Source: a bacterium
Lineage (GTDB): Bacteria; Zhuqueibacterota; QNDG01; DTFT01
DNA length: 64,000 nucleotides
Direction of reading: 5' to 3'
Assembly: GCA_016933415.1 (NCBI GenBank)
Contig: JAFGAX010000024.1
Span: forward strand, 6,861-70,860
How positions within the stretch are numbered: the stretch's first letter is position 1; the number at the start of each line of letters is the position of its first letter. The position numbers and the translations under genes are program-made. The notes beneath the pieces are model-generated. The model was not told the origin of the DNA and did no database searches. It was given only the letters and a program-made list of their open reading frames with translations. This document shows positions 17,201 to 26,004 of the stretch, piece by piece.

Positions 17201-17669
17201 CCAGCTGGAACGCTTCGCCACGCTCAAGACCATCGACGAGCGCTGGAAGGAGCACCTTTACGAGATGGACCTGCTCAAGGAGGGCATCGGGCTCCGGGCG
17301 TACGGACAGAAGGACCCCCTGATCGAGTACAAGCAGGAAGGGTTCCGGATGTTCACCGACATGTTGAGCCAGATCAACCGGGAGATCGTGGAAACGGTTT
17401 TCAAGGCGCAGATCCGGGTCGAACAGCCGATTCTCGAATACGCGCCGCGCCGGCGGCCCGCCGAGATGGCCATGGTTCACGAGGAATCGACCGGCATGGG
17501 TTTTGCGGGCGTTCCGGGGGCGGGCGCCGGAGATGAGCCGCCCCGGGGCCTGCCGCCGGGCGTGCAGACCGGCCGGTCCCGTCCGGTCCGGGCCGAGAAG
17601 GCGCCGGGCCGGAACGACCCCTGCCCCTGCGGGAGCGGGAAAAAATACAAACACTGTCACGGCGCCTGA
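14286..17669 (+). CDS. secA: Preprotein translocase ATPase SecA (long form)
   Basis: N-terminus [13 protein letters not shown], Walker A [57 protein letters not shown] and the C-terminal zinc motif [14 protein letters not shown]. Confidence 0.96.
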   Translation: [1127 protein letters not shown]

Positions 17670-17709
17670 GCGGCGCGCCCCCATCACAGTCAAGGAACAC
17701 GGATTCCGC

Positions 17710-19944
17710 ATGGAGAAATCACTCGTCATCGTCGAGTCCGACGCGAAATCGAAAACCATCAAGAAATTTCTGGGCGAACATTTTGCGGTCAAGGCTTCAG
17801 TCGGGCACATCAAAAATCTTCCGAAAAACCGGCTGGGCGTCGACCTGACCAACGGATTTGAACCCGAATTCATCACGATCCGCGGACGGGGCAAGATTCT
17901 GCAGGAGTTGAAAAAGCTCGCCCAGAACTCGGACCGGGTGTTCATCGCCACGGACCCGGACCGGGAGGGTGAGGCCATCGCGGCCCACCTGGCCGAGGAA
18001 ATCGAGCCGAGCAATGCGCGCATTCAGCGTGTGCTGTTCCATGAAATCACCGAAAAGGCGGTTCGCGAAGCCATCGGAAACCCCCTGACCATCGACCCGG
18101 ACAAGGTCGAGGCCCAGAAGGCGAGGCGGGTCATGGACCGCCTGGTGGGATACCAGGTCAGCCCGTTTCTCTGGAAGACGATCTACCGCGGCCTGTCCGC
18201 GGGCCGCGTCCAAACCGTGGCGCTCCGGCTCCTGTGCGAGCGTGAGGAACAGATTTTGAAATTCGCGCCCCGGGAATACTGGACGATTGAGGCCGAGTTC
18301 CGGACCCGGGGCGGGGAAACGTTCAAGGCGAAGCTGATGAAAATCGCGGGCGGGGACGCGGACCTGCCCGACGAGGCCGGGGTCCGGCGCCATTCGGAAA
18401 TCCTGCAGGGCCTGTCCTACGAAGTGTCCGACCTGAAGACGCGCGAGCTGGAACGCAATCCGTATCCCCCGTACACCACGAGCACGCTCCAGCAGGACGC
18501 GGTGCGGCGGCTCTCCATGACGACCAAGCAGATCATGGCCGTGGCGCAGCAGCTCTACGAGGGCGTGGACCTGCCCGAGGGCCGGGTCGGCCTCATCTCC
18601 TACATGCGAACCGATTCCACCCGGCTTTCCGCGACCGCGGTCGAGGAGGCCCGGCAGGTCATTGCCGAAGGGTACGGCCTCGAATACGTGCCCGCCAAGC
18701 CCCGGCAGTTCTCGAACAAGAAATCGGCCCAGGACGCCCATGAGGCGATCCGGCCGACCTCTCTGAATCGACCCCCGCAGAAAATCGCGCAATACCTCAC
18801 GCCCCAGCAGAAGAAGCTGTACGAACTGATCTGGAACCGCTTCCTGGCCTGTCAGATGGCCGCCGCGAAATTCCGCCAGACCATTCTCGAAGTCAGGGGC
18901 GGGGACTACCTGTTCCGCACCATCGGCACGGAAGCCGTCTTCAAGGGGTTCATGCAGCTTTACGAGGTCGAGGAGAAAGAAGCGGGCGAGCGCAACGCCG
19001 TTCCGCCGGGCGTGCGCAAGTCGGACGCGGTTTCCCTGAAGGGCCTGGACCCGGAACAGCATTTCACCAAGCCTCCCGCCCGCTTCAACGAAAGCAGCCT
19101 GGTGAAGGAGCTGGACTCGCTCGGCATCGGCCGGCCCTCGACCTACGCGCTGATCATCAGCATCCTGCTTGACCGCAAGTACGCCGAGCGGCAGGCGAGA
19201 ACCCTCGTGCCCACCGAGCTCGGCGTCACGGTGAACGGCATCCTGGTGCGGCAGTTCCCCGACATCTTCAACGTGGGGTTCACGGCCCAGATGGAGGAGG
19301 AGCTGGACCAGATCGAGTCGGGCGACAAAAAACGGCTGGACGTGCTTCAGGATTTCTACCGCCCCTTCAACGAGGCCGTGACCAAGGCCATGGACAAGAA
19401 GGAGGAGATCCGCGAATCCCTCCAGCAGGAGCACGACGAGAAGTGCCCGAAATGCGGCAAGGATCTCGTGGTGAAGTGGGGCCGCAACGGCCGGTTCATC
19501 GCGTGCACCGGATATCCGGACTGCAAGTTCACCAAGCCCCTCAAGGAGGACATGGTCGAGACGAACGAGACCTGCGACAAATGCGGGTCGCCCATGGTCG
19601 TCAAGACGGGGCGGTTCGGACGGTTTCTCGCCTGTTCGCGGTATCCCGACTGCAAGTCGACCAAGCCGCTTTCGACGGGCGTGCCCTGCCCCGCCGAGGG
19701 CTGCACCGGCACGCTGGTGGAGAAACGGAGCGGCCGCGGCAAGATGTTCTTCGGATGCTCGCGGTACCCGGACTGCAAGTTCGCAACGTGGTACCGGCCG
19801 CTCGCCCAGAAATGTGAAAAGTGCGGGTTCCCCGTGCTCGAACAGAAGGTCAGCAAGAAGAAGGGCGAATACCTGCAATGCCCGCAGTGCAAAGCCACAT
19901 CCGGAGAGGAGCAGGCGGAGACAGGACCGGAAACCGGGTCGTGA
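17710..19944 (+). CDS. topA: DNA topoisomerase I with four C-terminal zinc ribbons
   Basis: ATG at 17710. TOPRIM LVIVESDAKSKTI, catalytic-Tyr region ISYMRTDST, and four Cys4 ribbons (CPKCG.., CDKCG.., CPAEGC.., CEKCG..). Confidence 0.95.
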   Translation: MEKSLVIVESDAKSKTIKKFLGEHFAVKASVGHIKNLPKNRLGVDLTNGFEPEFITIRGRGKILQELKKLAQNSDRVFIATDPDREGEAIAAHLAEEIEPSNARIQRVLFHEITEKAVREAIGNPLTIDPDKVEAQKARRVMDRLVGYQVSPFLWKTIYRGLSAGRVQTVALRLLCEREEQILKFAPREYWTIEAEFRTRGGETFKAKLMKIAGGDADLPDEAGVRRHSEILQGLSYEVSDLKTRELERNPYPPYTTSTLQQDAVRRLSMTTKQIMAVAQQLYEGVDLPEGRVGLISYMRTDSTRLSATAVEEARQVIAEGYGLEYVPAKPRQFSNKKSAQDAHEAIRPTSLNRPPQKIAQYLTPQQKKLYELIWNRFLACQMAAAKFRQTILEVRGGDYLFRTIGTEAVFKGFMQLYEVEEKEAGERNAVPPGVRKSDAVSLKGLDPEQHFTKPPARFNESSLVKELDSLGIGRPSTYALIISILLDRKYAERQARTLVPTELGVTVNGILVRQFPDIFNVGFTAQMEEELDQIESGDKKRLDVLQDFYRPFNEAVTKAMDKKEEIRESLQQEHDEKCPKCGKDLVVKWGRNGRFIACTGYPDCKFTKPLKEDMVETNETCDKCGSPMVVKTGRFGRFLACSRYPDCKSTKPLSTGVPCPAEGCTGTLVEKRSGRGKMFFGCSRYPDCKFATWYRPLAQKCEKCGFPVLEQKVSKKKGEYLQCPQCKATSGEEQAETGPETGS

Positions 19945-20846
19945 CCGGCCCGATCGCCGAGTTCCGCGGTTATCTGCTCAAGGAGAAGCGCTGTTCGGCG
20001 CACACGGCTGAGGCCTACGGAAGCGATCTGGCCCAGTTCGCGGAAACCCTCGCGGCCGGAACGGCCGGGGCATTCGACCCGGCCGCGGTCGGGCCGGAGC
20101 AGGTCCGCGCCTGGCTGGCCGGCCTCGTGCGGCACGGCATGAACAAACGGAGCGTTTCCCGCAAGCTGGCGTCCCTTCGAGCGTTTTTCGCGTTCCGGGC
20201 GCGGCATTACGGAATGGCCGCCGATCCCACCGCGGGCATACGGCCGCCCAAACCGGACCGGCGCCTGCCGCGGTTTCTGCCGGAATCGGAGATTGCGGCC
20301 GCCTTCGGCCGGGTCGGGACGGACACCGACTCCGGGCTCCGCGACCTGGCGATTCTCGAGTTGTTCTACGGCACCGGCATCCGGCTTTCGGAACTCGCGG
20401 GGCTCGATCTGGCGGATGTGGACCGCGCGGGCCAGACTGTGCGCGTGCGGGGCAAGGGCAACAAGGAGCGCGTGGCGCCGCTCGGCCGCTCGGCGTTCGA
20501 AGCGGTACGGCGCTACCTGGCGCGCCGGAGCGCGTTTTCCCCGGATTCCGCCTGCAAGGCGCTTTTTCTGAACCGCCGCGGCGGACGGCTCACGCCGCGC
20601 GGCATCCAGAACATCGTGCGGACGCGCCTGCGGGCCGGTTCCGGCCGCGAGCGGCTCAGCCCGCACATGCTCCGGCATTCCTTCGCCACGCATCTGCTGG
20701 ACCGCGGCGCCGACCTCCAGTCGGTGAAGGAACTGCTCGGGCACGCGTCCCTTTCCACCACCCAGACCTACACGCATCTCACGCGCGACCGGTTGAAGGC
20801 CGTCTACCGAAAGGCCCATCCGCGCTCCGATTCCCCGGCTTCGTAG
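19941..20846 (+). CDS. xerC: Tyrosine recombinase XerC/XerD
   Basis: The GTG at 19941 overlaps the topA TGA. Carries RHSFATHLL, GHASLSTTQTYTHL and an N-terminal SAM-like core-binding domain. The XerC versus XerD assignment is not resolvable here. Confidence 0.85.
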   Translation: MTGPIAEFRGYLLKEKRCSAHTAEAYGSDLAQFAETLAAGTAGAFDPAAVGPEQVRAWLAGLVRHGMNKRSVSRKLASLRAFFAFRARHYGMAADPTAGIRPPKPDRRLPRFLPESEIAAAFGRVGTDTDSGLRDLAILELFYGTGIRLSELAGLDLADVDRAGQTVRVRGKGNKERVAPLGRSAFEAVRRYLARRSAFSPDSACKALFLNRRGGRLTPRGIQNIVRTRLRAGSGRERLSPHMLRHSFATHLLDRGADLQSVKELLGHASLSTTQTYTHLTRDRLKAVYRKAHPRSDSPAS

Positions 20847-20863
20847 CAAGAAAGGAGAGGACC

Positions 20864-21193
20864 ATGCGATTCAACATCACCGCCCGCCATTTCAAGCTGT
20901 CCGAGGAACTCAAGGCGTTCACGCAGGAGGAGGCATCGCGGCTCGCGAAATACTACGACGGCATACTCGACATCGAAGTGATACTCGGGTGGGAGAAGAA
21001 GAACCGGACCGCGGAGATCAAGATCGCCGTGTACGGCACCGTGCTGACGGCCACGGAGAGCTCGGAGGACATGCACGCATCCGTGCGTGCCGCCGTGGAC
21101 AAGATGGAGCGCCAGCTGATCAAGTACAAGGACAAGCTCCGCGGATTCGAGCACGAGAAAGCGGCCGCGCCCGACGCCGGGGCGAAGGGCTGA
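20864..21193 (+). CDS. hpf: Ribosome hibernation promoting factor (short HPF/RaiA)
   Basis: 109 aa, including MRFNITARHFKLSEELKAF...AVDKMERQLIKYKDK. Confidence 0.9.
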   Translation: MRFNITARHFKLSEELKAFTQEEASRLAKYYDGILDIEVILGWEKKNRTAEIKIAVYGTVLTATESSEDMHASVRAAVDKMERQLIKYKDKLRGFEHEKAAAPDAGAKG

Positions 21194-21199
21194 CCCGGC

Positions 21200-22189
21200 A
21201 TGGACGCCCCGAAGGAACAGCGGTTCATTCCGGTGGAGACGCTGTACCGGGAGAACGAGAAACGCTGGCGGCTGGAGCTGCTGTCGGGGAAGGGCAGTTT
21301 TCAGAAGAAGATCACGGAAAAGGACCTCAACCGGCCGGGGCTCGCGCTGGCGGGTTTCACCGATCTCTTCACCTTCTCGCGGGTGCAGATCTGCGGCAAT
21401 ACGGAGATCCTGTACCTGAACCGCCTGACCCCCGACCAGCGGCGGAAACGGCTCCGGAAGCTTTTCACGTTCGATATTCCCTGCGTCATCGTGACGGAAA
21501 ACAACGCCCTGCCGCCGGAATTCGTCCCGATCGCCGATGAGGCGGCGATCTCGGTGTTCCGGACGCCCTTCGCGACCACCAAGCTCTTCCAGCTGTTGGG
21601 CGACTACCTCGATGAGAAATTCGCGCCCCGCGAACTGATTCACGGCTCGATGGTCGATGTCTACGGCATCGGGGTTCTGATTACGGGGCGGAGCGGCATC
21701 GGCAAAAGCGAGGTGGCGCTCGACCTCGTGTCGCGCGGTCACCGGCTGGTCGCGGACGATATCGTCACGGTCGACCGGCGGACGTCGGGCGTGCTGATCG
21801 GCAAGGTGAACGAGACCCTGCGGTACCACATGGAGATCCGCGGCCTGGGCATCATCGACATCCACGCCATTTTCGGCATCCGCGGCATCCGGAAGATGAA
21901 GAAGGTGGAGGTGCAGGTCGAGCTGGTGGACTGGGAAAAGTCCGAAAAGTACGAGCGGCTCGGGCTGGAGGACATCACCGTCGATATTCTCGGCGAGAAG
22001 GTCCACCTCGTCCGGCTTCCCATCTATCCCGGCAAGAACATATCGATGATCGTCGAAGTGATCGCGCTGAACGAACTGCTCAAGATATACGGGTACAACG
22101 CGGCCGAGGCTTTCGAGAACCAGATCGCGCGCACGATCAGCCGGAAACTGCGCGGCTACGAGCACGACCCCGATTACATTCACGAGTGA
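21200..22189 (+). CDS. hprK: HPr kinase/phosphorylase
   Basis: P-loop GRSGIGKSEVALDLV, then HRLVADD and EIRGLGIIDI. Confidence 0.92.
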   Translation: MDAPKEQRFIPVETLYRENEKRWRLELLSGKGSFQKKITEKDLNRPGLALAGFTDLFTFSRVQICGNTEILYLNRLTPDQRRKRLRKLFTFDIPCVIVTENNALPPEFVPIADEAAISVFRTPFATTKLFQLLGDYLDEKFAPRELIHGSMVDVYGIGVLITGRSGIGKSEVALDLVSRGHRLVADDIVTVDRRTSGVLIGKVNETLRYHMEIRGLGIIDIHAIFGIRGIRKMKKVEVQVELVDWEKSEKYERLGLEDITVDILGEKVHLVRLPIYPGKNISMIVEVIALNELLKIYGYNAAEAFENQIARTISRKLRGYEHDPDYIHE

Positions 22190-23031
22190 GCGACATGAAA
22201 GAACGGAAAGCGGAATTGATCGTCGGCCTGGTGGTGACCGCCGGCGTCCTGCTGCTGGTGCTGGGCGTGGTGTGGGGGAAAAAAGCCTCTTTTTTCTCGA
22301 ACTGGGCGGTGCGCTCGGTCCGGTTCGAGGACGTGCGGGGCCTGGAAAGCGGGGATCCGGTGGTGGTGCGCGGCATCAGCCAGGGCACGGTGGATGACAT
22401 CCGCCTCAAGCCGGGCTGGGTCGAAGTGAAGCTCCGCCTGCGCAGGAGCCTGCGGCTGGCCGAGGACGCGGCCGTTTTCATCGAGGACAGAAGCCTGATG
22501 GGCGGAAAACAGGTTCGGGTCGATCCGGGCACCAGCGAAATCCCTCTGGCCGATGACGCCGTGCTGAAAGGCGCCATCGGCGGGGACATGCTTCAAGCTC
22601 TGGCTTCCGGGAGCCGGGTTCTGACCCAGGTGGATTCCCTGGTCGGCCGGCTGATGGCCATCGCGGACAAGGAGCGGATGGCCGCCGTGCTCCGGAACGT
22701 GGAGAGCGCCTCGCGACAGACCAGCGGCATGCTCGAGGAAAACCGGGCCGCGGTGCGCGCCACGCTGAGCCAGCTCGAGGCAATGACCCGGACCCTGAAG
22801 GAGGATTCCACTCTGGTCCGGCTCGGCGGCACGGTCATACGCCTGGACAGCACCATTGCCGTCATCCAGAGGGTCGCGGTTGCGGCGGAGAGCGAAGACG
22901 GGACGTTCCGGAAACTGCTCAGGGACAGGGAACTCTACGACCGGTTGATGAGCACGTCCCGTGACCTGGATACATTACTCGTCGATTTCAAGAAGAATCC
23001 GCAGAAATACATCCGGGTCACGGTGTTCTAG
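22186..23031 (+). CDS. MlaD/MCE-domain protein
   Basis: N-terminal TM helix followed by an MCE fold (VRFEDVRGLESGDPVVVRGISQGTV). The GTG at 22186 overlaps the hprK stop. An alternative ATG lies at 22195. Confidence 0.8.
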   Translation: MSDMKERKAELIVGLVVTAGVLLLVLGVVWGKKASFFSNWAVRSVRFEDVRGLESGDPVVVRGISQGTVDDIRLKPGWVEVKLRLRRSLRLAEDAAVFIEDRSLMGGKQVRVDPGTSEIPLADDAVLKGAIGGDMLQALASGSRVLTQVDSLVGRLMAIADKERMAAVLRNVESASRQTSGMLEENRAAVRATLSQLEAMTRTLKEDSTLVRLGGTVIRLDSTIAVIQRVAVAAESEDGTFRKLLRDRELYDRLMSTSRDLDTLLVDFKKNPQKYIRVTVF

Positions 23032-23118
23032 CCCTTTCACGCTTCCAAAACAGTTTGACTTTTGGCGGGATTGTTCTTAACTTAATCATCTATATCATTT
23101 TATAAGGGTCGGAGCGGA

Positions 23119-23574
23119 ATGATACACGAAGTGAAGGTCAAGCAGCTCCGCGTCATACCGGACGAAAGGGGCCATTTAATGGAAATCCTGCGCCGGGACG
23201 ATCCGATTTTCGAGGTTTTCGGCCAGGTTTACATGACCACCACATATCCTGGCGTGATCAAGGCCTGGCATTTTCATAGAAATCAGAACGATAACATCGC
23301 CGTTGTCAAGGGCCTGTTAAAACTGGCCTTATACGATGACCGGGAAGGTTCGCCGACACACGGTGAATTGAATGAGTTTTTCCTGGGCGAACACAACCCG
23401 CTTCTGGTGCATGTCCCGAAAAACGTGTATCACGGCTGGAAGTGCATCAGCCCGGAAGAGGCTTATGTGGTGAACTGCGTCACGGAACCCTACAATTACA
23501 AGGACCCTGACGAGCACCGGCTTCCGTTCGACACGGATAAAATTCCCTACAACTGGGACATCCAGATGGGATGA
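23119..23574 (+). CDS. RmlC-like cupin sugar epimerase (short dTDP-4-dehydrorhamnose 3,5-epimerase family)
   Basis: 151 aa with IPDERGHLMEI, WHFHRNQ.D, VPKNVYHGW and Y.YKDPDEHRLPF. Confidence 0.7.
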   Translation: MIHEVKVKQLRVIPDERGHLMEILRRDDPIFEVFGQVYMTTTYPGVIKAWHFHRNQNDNIAVVKGLLKLALYDDREGSPTHGELNEFFLGEHNPLLVHVPKNVYHGWKCISPEEAYVVNCVTEPYNYKDPDEHRLPFDTDKIPYNWDIQMG

Positions 23575-23641
23575 CGCAGCCGGGGCGCGGCGCGTCCTGA
23601 TCCGTTGCCCCCCCTCATTTTTTTATTGACAGGGTCATTTC

Positions 23642-24646
23642 GTGAAAAAAATTCTGGTCACAGGCGGATCCGGTTTTATCGGGAGCAATTACATCCGCTA
23701 TGCCCTCAACCGGTACCCCGCTCTCAAGGTTGTCAATCTCGACAAGCTGACCTATGCGGGCAATCCCGAGAATCTGCGCGACGTCGAGGCGGATTCCCGC
23801 TACCGGTTCGTCAAGGGCGACATCTGCGACGAAGCCCTGGTGGAATCGCTGATGCCCGGCATCGAGGCCGTGGTTCATTTCGCGGCCGAGAGCCACGTCG
23901 ACCGGTCCATCGGCAAGCCGGATGACTTCATCCGCACCGACGTGTTCGGCACCTTTGTCCTGCTCGAGGCGTCCCGGCGGCACGGGGTTCAGCGTTTCGT
24001 CCAGATCAGCACGGACGAAGTGTACGGCAGCACCGACGATTCCAAATTCCGCGAAACCGATCCCCTGATGCCGTCGAGCCCCTATTCCGCGTCCAAGGCC
24101 GCGGCCGACAGGCTGGCCTATTCCTACTGGGTGACCTACAAGCTCCCGGTGGTGATCCCCAGAAGCTCCAACAACTACGGTCCTTTCCAGTATCCCGAGA
24201 AACTCATCCCGCTTTTTGTCACGAACGCGATCGATGACAAGCCGCTGCCGGTTTACGGGGACGGCCTGAACGTGCGCGACTGGATCTATGTGGCGGACAA
24301 CTGCGAAGCCGTTGATCTCGTGCTTCAGAAGGGCGGGGACGGAGAAGTCTACAATGTCGGCGGCGGGAACGAGCGGACGAATCTGGAGATCACGAAGACC
24401 ATTCTCCGCGAACTCGGCAAGCCCGAAAGCCTGATTACCCATGTGAAGGACCGTGAGGGACATGACCGGCGGTACGCGCTCGACACCGCGAAAATCCGCG
24501 GCCTGGGCTGGCAGCCCCGGCACTCCTTCGAGGCGGCCATGCGCGACACCGTGTCCTGGTACCGCGACAACCGGGCCTGGTGGGACAAACTGAAGAGTGG
24601 GGAATACCTGGAATTCTACAAGCGGCACTATCAGCGGGAACCGTAA
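23642..24646 (+). CDS. rfbB: dTDP-glucose 4,6-dehydratase
   Basis: GTG start. Carries TGGSGFIGSN, YSASKAAAD and a conserved C-terminal region. Confidence 0.92.
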   Translation: MKKILVTGGSGFIGSNYIRYALNRYPALKVVNLDKLTYAGNPENLRDVEADSRYRFVKGDICDEALVESLMPGIEAVVHFAAESHVDRSIGKPDDFIRTDVFGTFVLLEASRRHGVQRFVQISTDEVYGSTDDSKFRETDPLMPSSPYSASKAAADRLAYSYWVTYKLPVVIPRSSNNYGPFQYPEKLIPLFVTNAIDDKPLPVYGDGLNVRDWIYVADNCEAVDLVLQKGGDGEVYNVGGGNERTNLEITKTILRELGKPESLITHVKDREGHDRRYALDTAKIRGLGWQPRHSFEAAMRDTVSWYRDNRAWWDKLKSGEYLEFYKRHYQREP

Positions 24647-24665
24647 CCGTCATCGGAGAGGACAT

Positions 24666-25970
24666 ATGGATCTGCAGAAGAAGATCGAGGACAAGAAGGC
24701 GATCGTGGGCGTGGTCGGGTTGGGGTATGTCGGTCTGCCCCTGCTCATCGAGTTCGTGTCCGGGGGGTTCAAGTCCATCGGCTATGACATCGATGACAGA
24801 AAGGTGTCCTCGCTTAAGAAGCGCAAATCCTACATCCGGCACATCACGTCCGATCGCATCTCCCTGCTCGTGGATTCCGGCCGGTTCGACGCGACCACGG
24901 ATTTCTCGCGCATCCCCGAGGCGGACTGCATCATCATCGCGGTTCCGACTCCGCTCGACAAGCATCAGCAGCCCGACCTGAGCTTTATCGAAAAGACCTC
25001 CGAGGCAGTGTCGGAGCACCTGCGCAAGGGCCAGCTCGTCGTGCTGGAAAGTTCCACCTGGCCGGGCACCACGGAAGAGGTGATGAAGCCCATCCTGGAG
25101 CGGTCCGGTCTCGTGTGCGGCAGGGATTTCTGGATCGCCTTCTCGCCGGAGCGGGAGGACCCGAACAATCCCAATTACTCCACCAAGACCATTCCCAAGG
25201 TCGTGGGCGCCAATGATCCCGCGGCCCTGGCCTGCGCCAAGGCGTTGTACGACGCGGTCATCGTACAGACCGTGCCCGTGTCCTCCAGCCAGGCGGCCGA
25301 GGCCACCAAACTGCTCGAAAACATCTTCCGGAGCGTGAACATCGCCCTGGTCAACGAGATGAAGGTGATTCTTGACCGCATGGGCATCGACGTGTGGGAG
25401 GTCATCCGCGCCGCGTCGACCAAGCCGTTCGGCTACATGCCCTTCTACCCGGGGCCCGGACTCGGCGGCCACTGCATTCCGATCGACCCCTTCTATCTCA
25501 CCTGGAAGGCGCGCGAATTCGACATGCCGACCCGGTTCATCGAGCTCGCGGGCGAGATCAACACCAACATGCCCTACTGGGTGGTGGGCCGCGTGGGCGA
25601 CGCGCTGAACACGAAGAAGAAGAGCCTCAACGGATCCAGGGTCCTCATTCTCGGCGCGGCCTACAAGAAGGACATCGACGACGTGCGCGAGAGCCCGACC
25701 CTGAAACTGATCGAGATCCTCGAGGACCACGGCGCAAAGGTCGATTACAACGACCCCTACATTCCCAAGATGCCGCACGTGCGCAAGTATCAGTACGAGA
25801 TGAAGAGCGTGCCCCTCACGCCCGCGAACCTCCGCAAGTACGATGTTGTGCTGATTTCCACGGATCATTCGTGCTACGACTACGCAATGATCGCCAAACA
25901 CGCGAAGCTCGTGGTGGATACCAGGAATGCGGTGAAGGGGAATCCTGGTGGAAAAATCATCAAAGCATGA
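24666..25970 (+). CDS. Nucleotide-sugar 6-dehydrogenase (UDP-GlcNAc/ManNAc dehydrogenase family)
   Basis: ATG at 24666. Rossmann motif VGLGYVGLPL, catalytic region GLGGHCIPIDP, and a C-terminal UDP-binding domain. Confidence 0.88.
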   Translation: MDLQKKIEDKKAIVGVVGLGYVGLPLLIEFVSGGFKSIGYDIDDRKVSSLKKRKSYIRHITSDRISLLVDSGRFDATTDFSRIPEADCIIIAVPTPLDKHQQPDLSFIEKTSEAVSEHLRKGQLVVLESSTWPGTTEEVMKPILERSGLVCGRDFWIAFSPEREDPNNPNYSTKTIPKVVGANDPAALACAKALYDAVIVQTVPVSSSQAAEATKLLENIFRSVNIALVNEMKVILDRMGIDVWEVIRAASTKPFGYMPFYPGPGLGGHCIPIDPFYLTWKAREFDMPTRFIELAGEINTNMPYWVVGRVGDALNTKKKSLNGSRVLILGAAYKKDIDDVRESPTLKLIEILEDHGAKVDYNDPYIPKMPHVRKYQYEMKSVPLTPANLRKYDVVLISTDHSCYDYAMIAKHAKLVVDTRNAVKGNPGGKIIKA

Positions 25971-26004
25971 CGCTCGGACAGCATCGAGAGGAGCCGGTTC
26001 ACAG

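Noticed and set aside
17503-17709. Upstream extensions of track ORFs. Examples are topA from 17503, rnhA from 9627, cvpA from 4063, gap from 55009, tpiA from 57365, the secreted protein from 58744, the dehydrogenase from 24597 and the exporter from 25948.
   Set aside because: These extensions overlap the preceding gene or an RNA gene. They lack homology-like N-termini, while internal starts give canonical N-termini with SD sequences or ATGA coupling.
15426-18023. 865-aa - strand ORF, the longest antisense ORF in the track
   Set aside because: It runs antisense across the 3' part of secA, the secA-topA intergenic gap and the 5' part of topA, both of which are unmistakable + strand genes. Its translation is low-complexity and R/G/A/P-rich. 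This is a typical stop-codon-poor shadow frame in GC-rich DNA.
19941-20846. Tyrosine recombinase as a marker of an integrated mobile element
   Set aside because: Its size, motifs and coupling to topA fit housekeeping XerC/XerD. There are no flanking att-like repeats, phage or conjugation genes, and the neighbours are hpf and hprK.
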